Positions 17,908 through 26,336 of a stretch of DNA of 33,520 bases are shown piece by piece. Under the pieces are notes generated by a model. That model was not told where the DNA came from. It saw only the letters and a list, made by a program, of their open reading frames with translations, and searched no databases. This DNA comes from a virus (taxonomy: Duplodnaviria > Caudoviricetes): the IMG/VR virus record IMGVR_UViG_3300048574_000224, positions 1 through 33,520 of that record. One strand, written 5' to 3'. The stretch's first letter is position 1. Every line of letters begins with the position of its first letter. The position numbers and the translations under genes are program-made.

Positions 17908-18483
17908 TCACTTCCTTGCCTTCCGGAATTGGTCCGCCTTGGTGCAGGTAGAAAAGTGGCTTATCCGCACCAGGACCTCCCCGGGAGTACCGCGCATGGT
18001 CAGTTTTCCTCTCACGCACCTTCCGTCAGGGGTGATTCCTATCGTCCTGCTCATCCCGTCCGGTATGATCGGTACCTCCTGCGGTTCCACCGGCATCGAT
18101 TTTCCGGATTCGGTCAGTATCCACATGATTGTTCTTCCGCAAGCCTTGCATTTGCTCATCTTTCTACCTGCCTGTCCATAGACATTTATGATTTGCCACA
18201 CCATTTTCGGTGTAAGCCCGTAAATCTTTGCGATGTCGTTAAGGGTCCGCTTCTTCCTGAGCCGGAGATACAGCATATTGTAAATGTTTCCAATGGTGTA
18301 TTTCTTGTGCCTGATAAACTGGTATACCCGTTTCCGGTAGAGGGATAAGAAAGCCTCCTCCGGCGTCACTTCCGCCTGAGAAGCGATTATAAGAGCGCAG
18401 TAGTTCTCGGGGTAGAGCTCCAATTTTTTTCTTACTCTTTCCGGATACAACCTAAGCTCTTCTTTCAGCCTCATCTTCAGCAC
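17908..18483 (-). CDS. HTH domain fused in frame to a Cys/His zinc-binding domain (start uncertain)
   Basis: TLNDIAKIYGLTPKMV; internal MSKCKACG...SHFSTC starting at 18159. Confidence 0.6.
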   Translation of the reverse strand: MLKMRLKEELRLYPERVRKKLELYPENYCALIIASQAEVTPEEAFLSLYRKRVYQFIRHKKYTIGNIYNMLYLRLRKKRTLNDIAKIYGLTPKMVWQIINVYGQAGRKMSKCKACGRTIMWILTESGKSMPVEPQEVPIIPDGMSRTIGITPDGRCVRGKLTMRGTPGEVLVRISHFSTCTKADQFRKARK

Positions 18484-19189
18484 CCTTTACGAGAGATTTA
18501 TCAACCATCCGTAGCAGTTCCTCGAAGTCCGTTCCGGAAGGAATATACCCGGCGTCCTTTTTCTTCCGCAGTGCAACGCAGAAGTGGAGCAGTTCAAAGA
18601 CGCTTCTGCTCGTCTGAAATTTGCCTTCCAACGTCTGCATTTCGTCAATGGAGAGGAACACGCCGCCAAATTCCATTTTGTCCACATCAGGCGCGCGCGG
18701 TTGACTATCTTGTAAACTAAAATCTTTATTTATTTCGTTTAGTTTATATATGGGAGCAGTTTGTGGAGTAACTTGTGGAGCAGTTTGTGGAGTAACTTGC
18801 GGAGCAGTTTGCAGTCCAATATGAGCCGCAAACGGTTGTGGTGCAAATTGCGGTTCAATGCGAGCCGCAAATTCTTTAATAGAAGGAAGTATTTTTGCCT
18901 TTTCGACCTCATCAAAAGGAATGACGAGGTACAAAGCGGACTGATTCCCTTTTCGCTCCTTCCAAAGGAGCCTTCCCTTCTGCACCAGATTGTTGCGATA
19001 CCTCTTGACGTCTGAAATGCTTAAACCCGAAACCAATGCAACTGTAGATAGAGGTGCTGTAAACACCACTTGCCAATCGGATATATTGTTAAGGTGCATA
19101 AAAGCGTGCCATAGTGCAATTTCCGATTTAGACGGAGTGCTTATTTTTGACCAACTATAAAAGGCATTAATTTCTGTGATGTAATTCAT
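18452..19189 (-). CDS. Phage replication initiator (winged-helix N-terminus)
   Basis: MNYI.EINAFY.W...LWHA.MH.NN..W pattern; internal DNA repeats. Confidence 0.8.
   Translation of the reverse strand: MNYITEINAFYSWSKISTPSKSEIALWHAFMHLNNISDWQVVFTAPLSTVALVSGLSISDVKRYRNNLVQKGRLLWKERKGNQSALYLVIPFDEVEKAKILPSIKEFAARIEPQFAPQPFAAHIGLQTAPQVTPQTAPQVTPQTAPIYKLNEINKDFSLQDSQPRAPDVDKMEFGGVFLSIDEMQTLEGKFQTSRSVFELLHFCVALRKKKDAGYIPSGTDFEELLRMVDKSLVKGAEDEAERRA
18753..18811. repeat. Five tandem 12-bp iteron-like units (probable phage origin)
   Basis: Alternating GGAGCAGTTTG and GGAGTAACTTG next to AT-rich 18711-18750. Confidence 0.8.
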
Positions 19190-19224
19190 TTCTGACCCCC
19201 GGTATCGAAATTATGTACGTCTAA

Positions 19225-19467
19225 TTACTGCCTTGCTGCCTTTTTCTCTCCCAGTCTGACCAGCTGTCGCTCGCGATTATAGGTATACAGGGTGATCACC
19301 ACGGCCGAAGTCTTCTTCGCATCCTCCTCCCTCTTTTTCTCTTCCGTCCTGATCTGGCACCAGGTGCTCCGCATCCACGGGATCATCCCGAAAAATACGG
19401 CGCATATCCCAGCGGCCACGACGGCACATACGACGGTTACAACGATAAGTCCCAGGATTCTCATCAT
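19225..19467 (-). CDS. Small membrane protein
   Basis: AGGAG RBS; long hydrophobic N-terminus. Confidence 0.6.
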   Translation of the reverse strand: MMRILGLIVVTVVCAVVAAGICAVFFGMIPWMRSTWCQIRTEEKKREEDAKKTSAVVITLYTYNRERQLVRLGEKKAARQ

Positions 19468-19496
19468 GTTCCATGCTCCTTCATGCCTCAACCGAC

Positions 19497-19715
19497 TTAA
19501 TAAAGACTTGTAAAATTACCTTCACCAAGAATACTTCCGATTTTCCGCTTATCTCCGCCAAGTACGGCACATCTGTCTGCAATTAAGCAGCATTCTTCAT
19601 TGAGTATGTTCCAGTATAGGGCGCCTCCCATTTGATCCCGTATAGCAACTCGGCGTAGGAGCATTTCCATTGCATTTTTAAGAGAAACGATATTTAATAT
19701 TTCATTCCGAATCAT
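19497..19715 (-). CDS. Hypothetical protein
   Basis: Coupled to the upstream stop codon. Confidence 0.55.
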   Translation of the reverse strand: MIRNEILNIVSLKNAMEMLLRRVAIRDQMGGALYWNILNEECCLIADRCAVLGGDKRKIGSILGEGNFTSLY

Positions 19716-19993
19716 TGATCGGCCCCCCATTCTATCTCCTGGTTACAGAACGGGCATGCAGGCTCGCTGTATGTCGGTTCCTTGCACCTGGGACACATTG
19801 GCATTGTATATTCCCGATCTACCGAATTTTGAAATGCCTCCATTATGGGTTTCGCCTTTGTCCTCACGTTCCTATATCCCTGTCTACGGCAGGCGTTTGA
19901 ATAATTGTCCATATCCATTATGTCGTTGCACTCTATCGATATATCGTTTTCAGGAACATCACCTTCGGCATAGACCATAAATTTACCGTTCAC
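19712..19993 (-). CDS. Zinc-ribbon protein
   Basis: CPRC...CPFC.Q.I.W; GGAGG RBS. Confidence 0.65.
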   Translation of the reverse strand: MNGKFMVYAEGDVPENDISIECNDIMDMDNYSNACRRQGYRNVRTKAKPIMEAFQNSVDREYTMPMCPRCKEPTYSEPACPFCNQEIEWGADQ

Positions 19994-20011
19994 CTTATCA
20001 TCCTCCGTCCT

Positions 20012-22633
20012 CTATGCTACATTTACCTTGCTTCCCTCCGGCCCCTTCGTCACTTCGATCCTCCGCGGGAAGGCGTCCTTCAGTTCCTCCAGATGGGTAA
20101 TGATGATCACCTTTGCGAAATCCTGGCGGACAGCGTCGATCACGCCAAGGATCTTCTGCCGGCCGGCGGCGTCCAGGGAACCGAAGCCCTCGTCGATTAC
20201 GAGGAGCTTGATCTCAGCCCCGGCCCGGTGGGCCAGGAACTTCGATATGGCCACACGAAGGGAAATGTCGATGATGAACCGCTCAGCTCCGGAGAAGGTC
20301 TGGTACGGCCCGGGCAGGCCTTCGTCCAGGATTGTAATACGGAGAACGTCCTGCATGGTGCCGGTGGTCTTGCCCTCCACCTGGGTGTCCAGCCGAAGCT
20401 GCATCCGGCCGCCGGTGATCCGCGTCAGCATATCGTTGGAAAGACGCTCGATCTCCGGTACCGCATTTTCGATGATCAGCGCCGGGACTCCGGATTTCTT
20501 CCCACAGGCCTGTTCCAAAATCTCACAAGTTGACATTTGGGAACGGAGATCCTTCTCTTCCAGTTCGATTTCCCCAAGAACCTTCCGTGCTTTATCCGCA
20601 TCCTGGATCGTCTGTTCGCATTTCCCGATCTCGTTGCGATAGGCAGCTTCATTCTCCTTTTGCCATCTAATTATGGTCTTCAGTGATTCCAGGGATTCGT
20701 TCAGCTTGTCCAGTTCTGCGATCTGGCTCTTGGTGGTAACGAGCTGAGAATCAAGATCGCACACGGCATTCCATAAGGAATCGTATGTGGCCCGATTTTT
20801 GGAAAGCGATTCCTGCAGTTCCGGTAGAAGCGCCTTTGCGCCATCCAGTTCCTGTTTCAAGGCTGATATTTTTTGTGCTTCAGCGAGGCGGATTCTGAGT
20901 GTAACAAGCTCCTCTTGGGATTCCGTCAAAGAAACGATTTCGTTCACAATCCCGTCAGCTCTCTCCCGATCCGGTGACGGTGCCTGGATCTCCTTTAACC
21001 TTTCCCGGATCTCGGCATCCCTTTTCTCCAATTCAGCCTTTTTGGATTCAGCCACGTCGAGCTTCCCCTTCAGGCAGGATGTCTTTTTGATTTCCTCCAG
21101 GAGATTCCTGCAGGCAGTATGAAGCCCGGGATTGTAGCTTAAAGCGTCCCGTTCGGATACTGCCTTATCATAGGCCGCCTTATGGGGATTAAACTTGCTG
21201 TTTTCCTCCCTGAGCCGTTCATTCAGTGTCACAAGTTCGTCCGCTGCCGCCCTGGCACTGGCCAGAAGAGCACATGCATCCCGGACGGATCCGCTGCATG
21301 GGACAGAAGAAAGCGTTGCAACCAGGGGGCGCTTCGCTTCTATGGAAGATTCAAGAGAAGATATCTCGGAGCGGTGATTGCTATCCCATGCATTTAGTAC
21401 ACGAGATAAAATTTCAATATCGCTGATATACTTCATGTGAAGCGCCGATTTACGTTCATGCTCCTGGAGCTCAAGCTGGAATCGCTTCTCCTGCTCGCAT
21501 GCTTCCAGGATTTCATCCTTCTTCTTCAGGACGAGTTCAAGGTCCATGAGGTCGGCGCCGATGTTGAAGGATTCCGTCTTCAGCTTCTTCGCTGCATCGG
21601 CCGCCGTGTTGATTTTCTCCCGGAGATCCTTCAACTGCTGTTCGAGCAGCGGAAGCGTTGTGAGAGATTTTTCAATAGAGGAGATGTCGTTTGTGAGGTT
21701 CTTCTCCTCCTCAATAGCTTCAAGGACCTTTTCACTATTCCCCAGGATGCTGTTCAGCCGGGCGATCTTCCTCTCCAACTGGGAGATTTCTTCGTACACT
21801 TTCGTACGGTCCTGTAATATTGAATCCTTTTTCCGCATAATATCATCAGCCTGGTTCCGGAGGATCCCCCGGGTGGCCAGCTTGGCATTGACAGAATCCA
21901 TTTCAGCCTGCAGATCTCTCAATTCCTGTTCGCAGTCTGCAAGCTTGTCCCGGGTAGTTTGAAGAAGGTCCTTCGCCGAATTGGCGTTGTCCACTTGGGA
22001 CTGCAGCGGGGCCTTTCGGATTGCCAGATGGGCCAGCTTCTCGTTGAGCTGCTTCAGCTCCTTCTTCACTCGCTCCTGGAGAACATCCCATATGTCAAGT
22101 CCAAGGATCCTGGCCAGGGCGTCCTTTCGTTCGGCGTCGGTCATATCGTTGGTGAAACTGTCGGCCTTCCCCTGAAGGACCAGTGACGAGGATATAAAGG
22201 TGCGATAGTCCATCCGGAGGGTCTTCTCGATAATCTCCTGCGTCTCGGCGATGCCCTTGCCGGATAGTGGCTTCCATGTAGCTTCCATTGCTGTGTCAGG
22301 TCCCTTGTCGTCTCTCGTTAAAACAAAGAATTCCAGCATAGTCTTGTCCTTTGCAGCCGATCGATGGCGGATCACACGGTAAAGGTTTCCATTCAGCCGG
22401 AATTGGAGTTCGACGCGACATTCCTGTTCTCCGCGCTTTACATAATCGTTGAGGTTTCTTTTACCGCCCTTGCTGCCTTCCCCGAAGAGACACCAGGTAA
22501 TCGCGTCGGTGGCCAGGCTACTCTTGCCGGCGCCGTTCTCACCGGTGGCTACGGCAATATCAATGCCGTCAAGGTTGACGGTTTCATCTTTATATGAAGT
22601 GAAATTCTGCAAATGCAATTGAACAGGATTCAT
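20012..22633 (-). CDS. sbcC: SbcC/Rad50-like SMC ATPase
   Basis: Walker A GENGAGKS, Q-loop, long coiled coil, signature FSGAE, Walker B VIDEGFGSLD, ITH. Confidence 0.92.
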   Translation of the reverse strand: MNPVQLHLQNFTSYKDETVNLDGIDIAVATGENGAGKSSLATDAITWCLFGEGSKGGKRNLNDYVKRGEQECRVELQFRLNGNLYRVIRHRSAAKDKTMLEFFVLTRDDKGPDTAMEATWKPLSGKGIAETQEIIEKTLRMDYRTFISSSLVLQGKADSFTNDMTDAERKDALARILGLDIWDVLQERVKKELKQLNEKLAHLAIRKAPLQSQVDNANSAKDLLQTTRDKLADCEQELRDLQAEMDSVNAKLATRGILRNQADDIMRKKDSILQDRTKVYEEISQLERKIARLNSILGNSEKVLEAIEEEKNLTNDISSIEKSLTTLPLLEQQLKDLREKINTAADAAKKLKTESFNIGADLMDLELVLKKKDEILEACEQEKRFQLELQEHERKSALHMKYISDIEILSRVLNAWDSNHRSEISSLESSIEAKRPLVATLSSVPCSGSVRDACALLASARAAADELVTLNERLREENSKFNPHKAAYDKAVSERDALSYNPGLHTACRNLLEEIKKTSCLKGKLDVAESKKAELEKRDAEIRERLKEIQAPSPDRERADGIVNEIVSLTESQEELVTLRIRLAEAQKISALKQELDGAKALLPELQESLSKNRATYDSLWNAVCDLDSQLVTTKSQIAELDKLNESLESLKTIIRWQKENEAAYRNEIGKCEQTIQDADKARKVLGEIELEEKDLRSQMSTCEILEQACGKKSGVPALIIENAVPEIERLSNDMLTRITGGRMQLRLDTQVEGKTTGTMQDVLRITILDEGLPGPYQTFSGAERFIIDISLRVAISKFLAHRAGAEIKLLVIDEGFGSLDAAGRQKILGVIDAVRQDFAKVIIITHLEELKDAFPRRIEVTKGPEGSKVNVA

Positions 22634-23826
22634 CCCTCGAGCACCTCCTTGATCATTTCTGCGGCCACAATCATGAGCCCGTCTTTGAAGCCTCTGCTGA
22701 CTTCCTTTTTATCAAGCCATTTCGATAGGGCGTCCAAGGGGCCGGTTTCCTCGGTAACCGACGCCTCCCGGCTGCGCTCCGACCGGGTGATCTCCGGGAA
22801 TATCCCGGCGATGTATTCCGGAGCGGAAGCTTTCAACAGATCCATGATCTTCGCATGATCCACCAGGGGGGCCAGATCTTCGGTAACCTTATATTTCACC
22901 CGGGCAATTGCTTCCGTGACCGGTATCGTCTTGCAAAACCAATACAGATCCTCCGCGACATCCTCTTCACTGCTTATGGATGCTGATATCGTATGGAATC
23001 TCCTCGCCGGCAGATCGATCCACCCGTAGGTTCCGGCGTCCAGATCGTGTATGTAGCAACCGCGGGGATCGTCCTCCTCGCCAAAGTCAACCCTCTCCAG
23101 TGCGCCGGCGTAACCGATGAAAGGCTTCTCGGAAAGGACCTGAGCTTTATGGATGTGGCCAAACAGGACCGCATCCCATTCCATCGCCTGCAGCTCCGCC
23201 AGAGGGATAACCGGTTCCGTCCCGCCGTAAAGGAGCTGCCCGGAGGAGGCGACGGATCCGGAGATCGTCCAGTGTCCGATGAGGATATTCCGCCGGCCCG
23301 GCCCGTACTCATGGCACTGGACCATGAGGCTGCGGCAGATATCGACCAGCTTTTGAGAAACAAGGGACGCAAGTTCCGCCGGATCCGCTGCCTGATCAAT
23401 AATGCCAGCCGGTTTGATGGAGGGAAGAACCGCGATATTGGCGTCGTCAATTCGGAATACGTCCGGGACGTTGGTGAACTGGACCAGCGAATCATCTCCG
23501 CAGGCAAGGTTAACAAGATCGACCGGCCCGGGACGCCCTGCTCCAACCAGGTCGTGGTTCCCGGGACACCCCACTACGCGGATGCCGTATGCTGCAAAAG
23601 AAGAAAGCAGTTCGGATACGGCAATAATCTGTTCCGGCGACGGGCGGCTGTTTTTAAAGAAGTCCCCCGGGAACACGGCGGCGTCGACATCGTTATCCAC
23701 TGCGGCCTGCAGGAGAAAGCTTGCTGTCCGTTTCCAATCGGTCAGGCGGGAATGCTCCCCAGAAGGGAGCACTTTGCCGTAATTGTCATAAAAGCAGTGT
23801 AGGTCAGGAGCGTGTAATATTTTCAT
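22630..23826 (-). CDS. sbcD: SbcD/Mre11-like nuclease
   Basis: DLH, GDFF, GNHD, GH, FGHIH, DFGE; coupled to sbcC. Confidence 0.92.
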   Translation of the reverse strand: MKILHAPDLHCFYDNYGKVLPSGEHSRLTDWKRTASFLLQAAVDNDVDAAVFPGDFFKNSRPSPEQIIAVSELLSSFAAYGIRVVGCPGNHDLVGAGRPGPVDLVNLACGDDSLVQFTNVPDVFRIDDANIAVLPSIKPAGIIDQAADPAELASLVSQKLVDICRSLMVQCHEYGPGRRNILIGHWTISGSVASSGQLLYGGTEPVIPLAELQAMEWDAVLFGHIHKAQVLSEKPFIGYAGALERVDFGEEDDPRGCYIHDLDAGTYGWIDLPARRFHTISASISSEEDVAEDLYWFCKTIPVTEAIARVKYKVTEDLAPLVDHAKIMDLLKASAPEYIAGIFPEITRSERSREASVTEETGPLDALSKWLDKKEVSRGFKDGLMIVAAEMIKEVLEG

Positions 23827-24893
23827 CCCGTCACCTTCTTATACAGTTTTTGATGGGAGATGCAAAGAAAGCGGTCGTAATATGCCTGACTGTAGTTGAT
23901 CTCCGCTTTTGAAAGGATCTTTCCGCATCCATCGTGGTCGCATTCGATGACGGGATCCGCGTTCGCGTTTCCGGAAGAAGGAGGAGATGCATGATCGGGT
24001 TCCGGGTCTGTGGGATGAGCATGGTCCGCATCATCGCCGTCTTCATACGAATCACCAGTAAAATTGTTGTCGTCGAACTCCTCTTCGGTGAAAACCTGAT
24101 GCGGTACGGCTTCGGTAAGCTGGGGCTGCGGAGCTGCTGCAGCGCCGAATAAATCCGCTGTCGCCCGGAGGCCATGCTCCATAACCATTTTGCGGACCTC
24201 CGGATCCGTGTAGTCCGGACTGAAATCCACATGCGGAACCGCGAAGGGATTCGTTAGTTCCGCGGGACTATACTGCTGTTTAATGGAAAGCAATGCCCGG
24301 ACCACCCGGAGCATCGCGCCGGTCTCCGCTCTCATGAGTTTGTTCTTGCGCCACTGGATCATGGCGCTCTTCGTCTGCGCCGCGGCCCATTGTTCCGGCG
24401 TGGTTCCTTCGAGCTTCTTCCGGTCGGATTCGTATGAGGACTTCTGAAGCTTAAAGGCCTTTTCACGATTTGCCTCGCGTGTTTCCTCCTCGATGATCGT
24501 CAGGTCTATTTCCTTCGATGCTTTCAAGGGGAGCCACTCACCGGACGGTTTCCTGAAGGCCCCAACCGCCTGGTACAAAACATAATCCCTCGTTGCGGTG
24601 ATGACCTTCGTTTCGTTCCAGTTCCACACAATTCCGGCTGCATTGGCGATCTTCATCAAGGCGTTTTTGGATAGGCTCAGCACGTCTTCATAATTATTGC
24701 CGACCTTTTTTGACCCAACTTTAAAGACATCCCCGGCGTCCGGATTCGGGTCGATCTTGACCTCCTCGATCCGGAGCCTATGGAAAGGAGATATCTGGGT
24801 AATTGTCTGCGTCGGGACCAGGACGTTGTATTTTTTATCCCTGTACTGGTCCAGAGTAACAGTTTCGGTTCTCTCAGCAAGTGCGTTGGTCAA
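23823..24893 (-). CDS. Probable recombination/single-strand annealing protein
   Basis: Position before sbcDC; helical core, acidic linker, C-terminal Cys/His cluster; function inferred from synteny. Confidence 0.5.
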   Translation of the reverse strand: MTNALAERTETVTLDQYRDKKYNVLVPTQTITQISPFHRLRIEEVKIDPNPDAGDVFKVGSKKVGNNYEDVLSLSKNALMKIANAAGIVWNWNETKVITATRDYVLYQAVGAFRKPSGEWLPLKASKEIDLTIIEEETREANREKAFKLQKSSYESDRKKLEGTTPEQWAAAQTKSAMIQWRKNKLMRAETGAMLRVVRALLSIKQQYSPAELTNPFAVPHVDFSPDYTDPEVRKMVMEHGLRATADLFGAAAAPQPQLTEAVPHQVFTEEEFDDNNFTGDSYEDGDDADHAHPTDPEPDHASPPSSGNANADPVIECDHDGCGKILSKAEINYSQAYYDRFLCISHQKLYKKVTG

Positions 24894-24905
24894 GCGAATC
24901 CCCTC

Positions 24906-25145
24906 CTATCCCTTAAGAGCTTTCATGCAAGCCGGACAGATGTTCTTCCCCTTGTAGTCGATGGTGTTTCCCGCTTCACCGCAGAAGATGCAGGCCGGTT
25001 CGTACTTCTTCAGAATAATATTGGCGCCATCGACATAGATCTCCAGAGAATCCTTTTCCTCAATATCCATGGTTCTCCTGAGCTCGATCGGGAGCACTAC
25101 CCTTCCAAGCTCGTCCACTTTTCTCACGATTCCGGTTGATTTCAT
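24906..25145 (-). CDS. abrB: AbrB-family transition-state regulator
   Basis: MKSTGIVRKVDELGRVVLPIELRR plus C-terminal CIFC...ICPAC; AGGAGGT RBS. Confidence 0.93.
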   Translation of the reverse strand: MKSTGIVRKVDELGRVVLPIELRRTMDIEEKDSLEIYVDGANIILKKYEPACIFCGEAGNTIDYKGKNICPACMKALKG

Positions 25146-25504
25146 ATAAAAACCTCCTAAAAAAATTTTAGCCTTTCGGCTGGGCCCGGATCAGCTCCGG
25201 GCGGGCTCACTACTCTTCGCTTTCATCGGTTCCATCGGCGTCTTCGACGTCATCATCCTCGTCATGCACGAAAAACTTTCGATCTTTAATAGAATTTAGC
25301 GGCCGGCCGGAAGCCGCTTTTGTCTTGTGTGTATTATCCCGGGATTTCAATCCATCGTGTATCCTGGCGGTAAACCAGGCCATTCCGCTTTATCATCAAC
25401 GGGCCTCTCCATGCACATCTCCCCTGCAGCCTCACCGGCCTGTAATTGGCTACAGCTTCCTCATGCACTTCATTGGGGCCCTTCATCTGGGTTTTTGTAG
25501 GGAA

Positions 25505-25617
25505 TCAGGGCGGGCAAGGATTTACACCATGCATGTGCTTTCTTCGTCCCATTAGATTAAGGCAATTGGTAACACTAGAATTGCCACAAGCGTCTACCTA
25601 TTCCGCCACCGCCCTGA
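25505..25617 (-). ncRNA. tRNA-like RNA with non-canonical anticodon region
   Basis: Acceptor-like stem TCAGGGCGG/CCGCCCTGA, Leu/Ser-type D arm TGGCGGAATAGGTAGACGC, T-like arm GCATGG-TGTAAAT-CCTTGC. Confidence 0.7.
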
Positions 25618-25625
25618 AAGTAAGA

Positions 25626-25859
25626 TCAAGTGTTCTCCGTGATATAGTCCACCAGCTCGCCTACCGTGCTGAACGTGTCAGCAAAAGCACTGGAGATTTC
25701 GATTGCGAACTCCTCCTCGGCCGCCATGACGATCTCGAGTATGTCGTCATCAGATGCGCCAAGATCGCCCTCCAGTTTACTGTCGGGGCCAATCGCTACT
25801 TCCAGTTCGTCGATGTCCAACTGCTCCACAATGATTTTTTTGACCTTATCGAATACCAT
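25626..25859 (-). CDS. Acyl carrier protein-like protein lacking the canonical DSL serine
   Basis: MVFDKVKKIIVEQL...DLGASDDDILEIVMAAEEEFAIEI...TVGELVDYI; AGGAGGT RBS. Confidence 0.88.
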   Translation of the reverse strand: MVFDKVKKIIVEQLDIDELEVAIGPDSKLEGDLGASDDDILEIVMAAEEEFAIEISSAFADTFSTVGELVDYITENT

Positions 25860-25899
25860 ACGGTACCTCCTGTATAATAATTTTATTGCGCCCATCTTA

Positions 25900-26289
25900 T
25901 CAGCACGCCCTGTCGTCATCCGAAAGCTCCGCTTCAGCGACGGATAGCTTGCAGATTGCCCTGAGATTTTCCTGGATATTGACGAGCTTCCGAAGTTCAA
26001 TCCCCTTCGCACCGATCGTCTTTATGCTTTTCTTCAAGGCCCGGTCCATCTGCGGATACTCCTCGCTGCACCGCTTGCGTCTTGCCAGCTCCGCCTGCCG
26101 CTTTGCGTCATTGCTGTACATCGGTTTCCCGTAATCATCGGTAACATTGCTGATTTCATCGATCTGCTCAAACTCCCATTCTCTGAGATTCTGTCTGATC
26201 TCTTCCTGTTCAATTGTGCTGAGCAGCATTTCATGTTCCACGCCAGCGATCATGCCGGGCAACCTGTTCAGTTCTTTCCTTATATCCAT
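25900..26289 (-). CDS. Coiled-coil hypothetical phage protein
   Basis: GGAGGT RBS; GKPMYSND..RQAE. Confidence 0.7.
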   Translation of the reverse strand: MDIRKELNRLPGMIAGVEHEMLLSTIEQEEIRQNLREWEFEQIDEISNVTDDYGKPMYSNDAKRQAELARRKRCSEEYPQMDRALKKSIKTIGAKGIELRKLVNIQENLRAICKLSVAEAELSDDDRAC

Positions 26290-26336
26290 AAAACCACTAC
26301 CTCCGTGAAAATTTTTAGAAAATGAAAACGGCAGCG

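Noticed and set aside
18753-18811. Possible CRISPR array
   Set aside because: 12-bp tandem units without spacers, inside a coding region; no cas genes
20028-23802. Multiple plus-strand ORFs over sbcC/sbcD
   Set aside because: Antisense frames of GC-rich genes with no recognisable motifs
25209-25420. Short minus-strand ORFs (57-aa acidic-tailed and 21-aa) between the tRNA-like RNA and abrB
   Set aside because: The longer has no convincing RBS and the shorter is too small to support; left uncalled
25626-26012. 128-aa version of the ACP-like ORF
   Set aside because: The extension overlaps the upstream gene; the strong RBS and ACP similarity start at 25859
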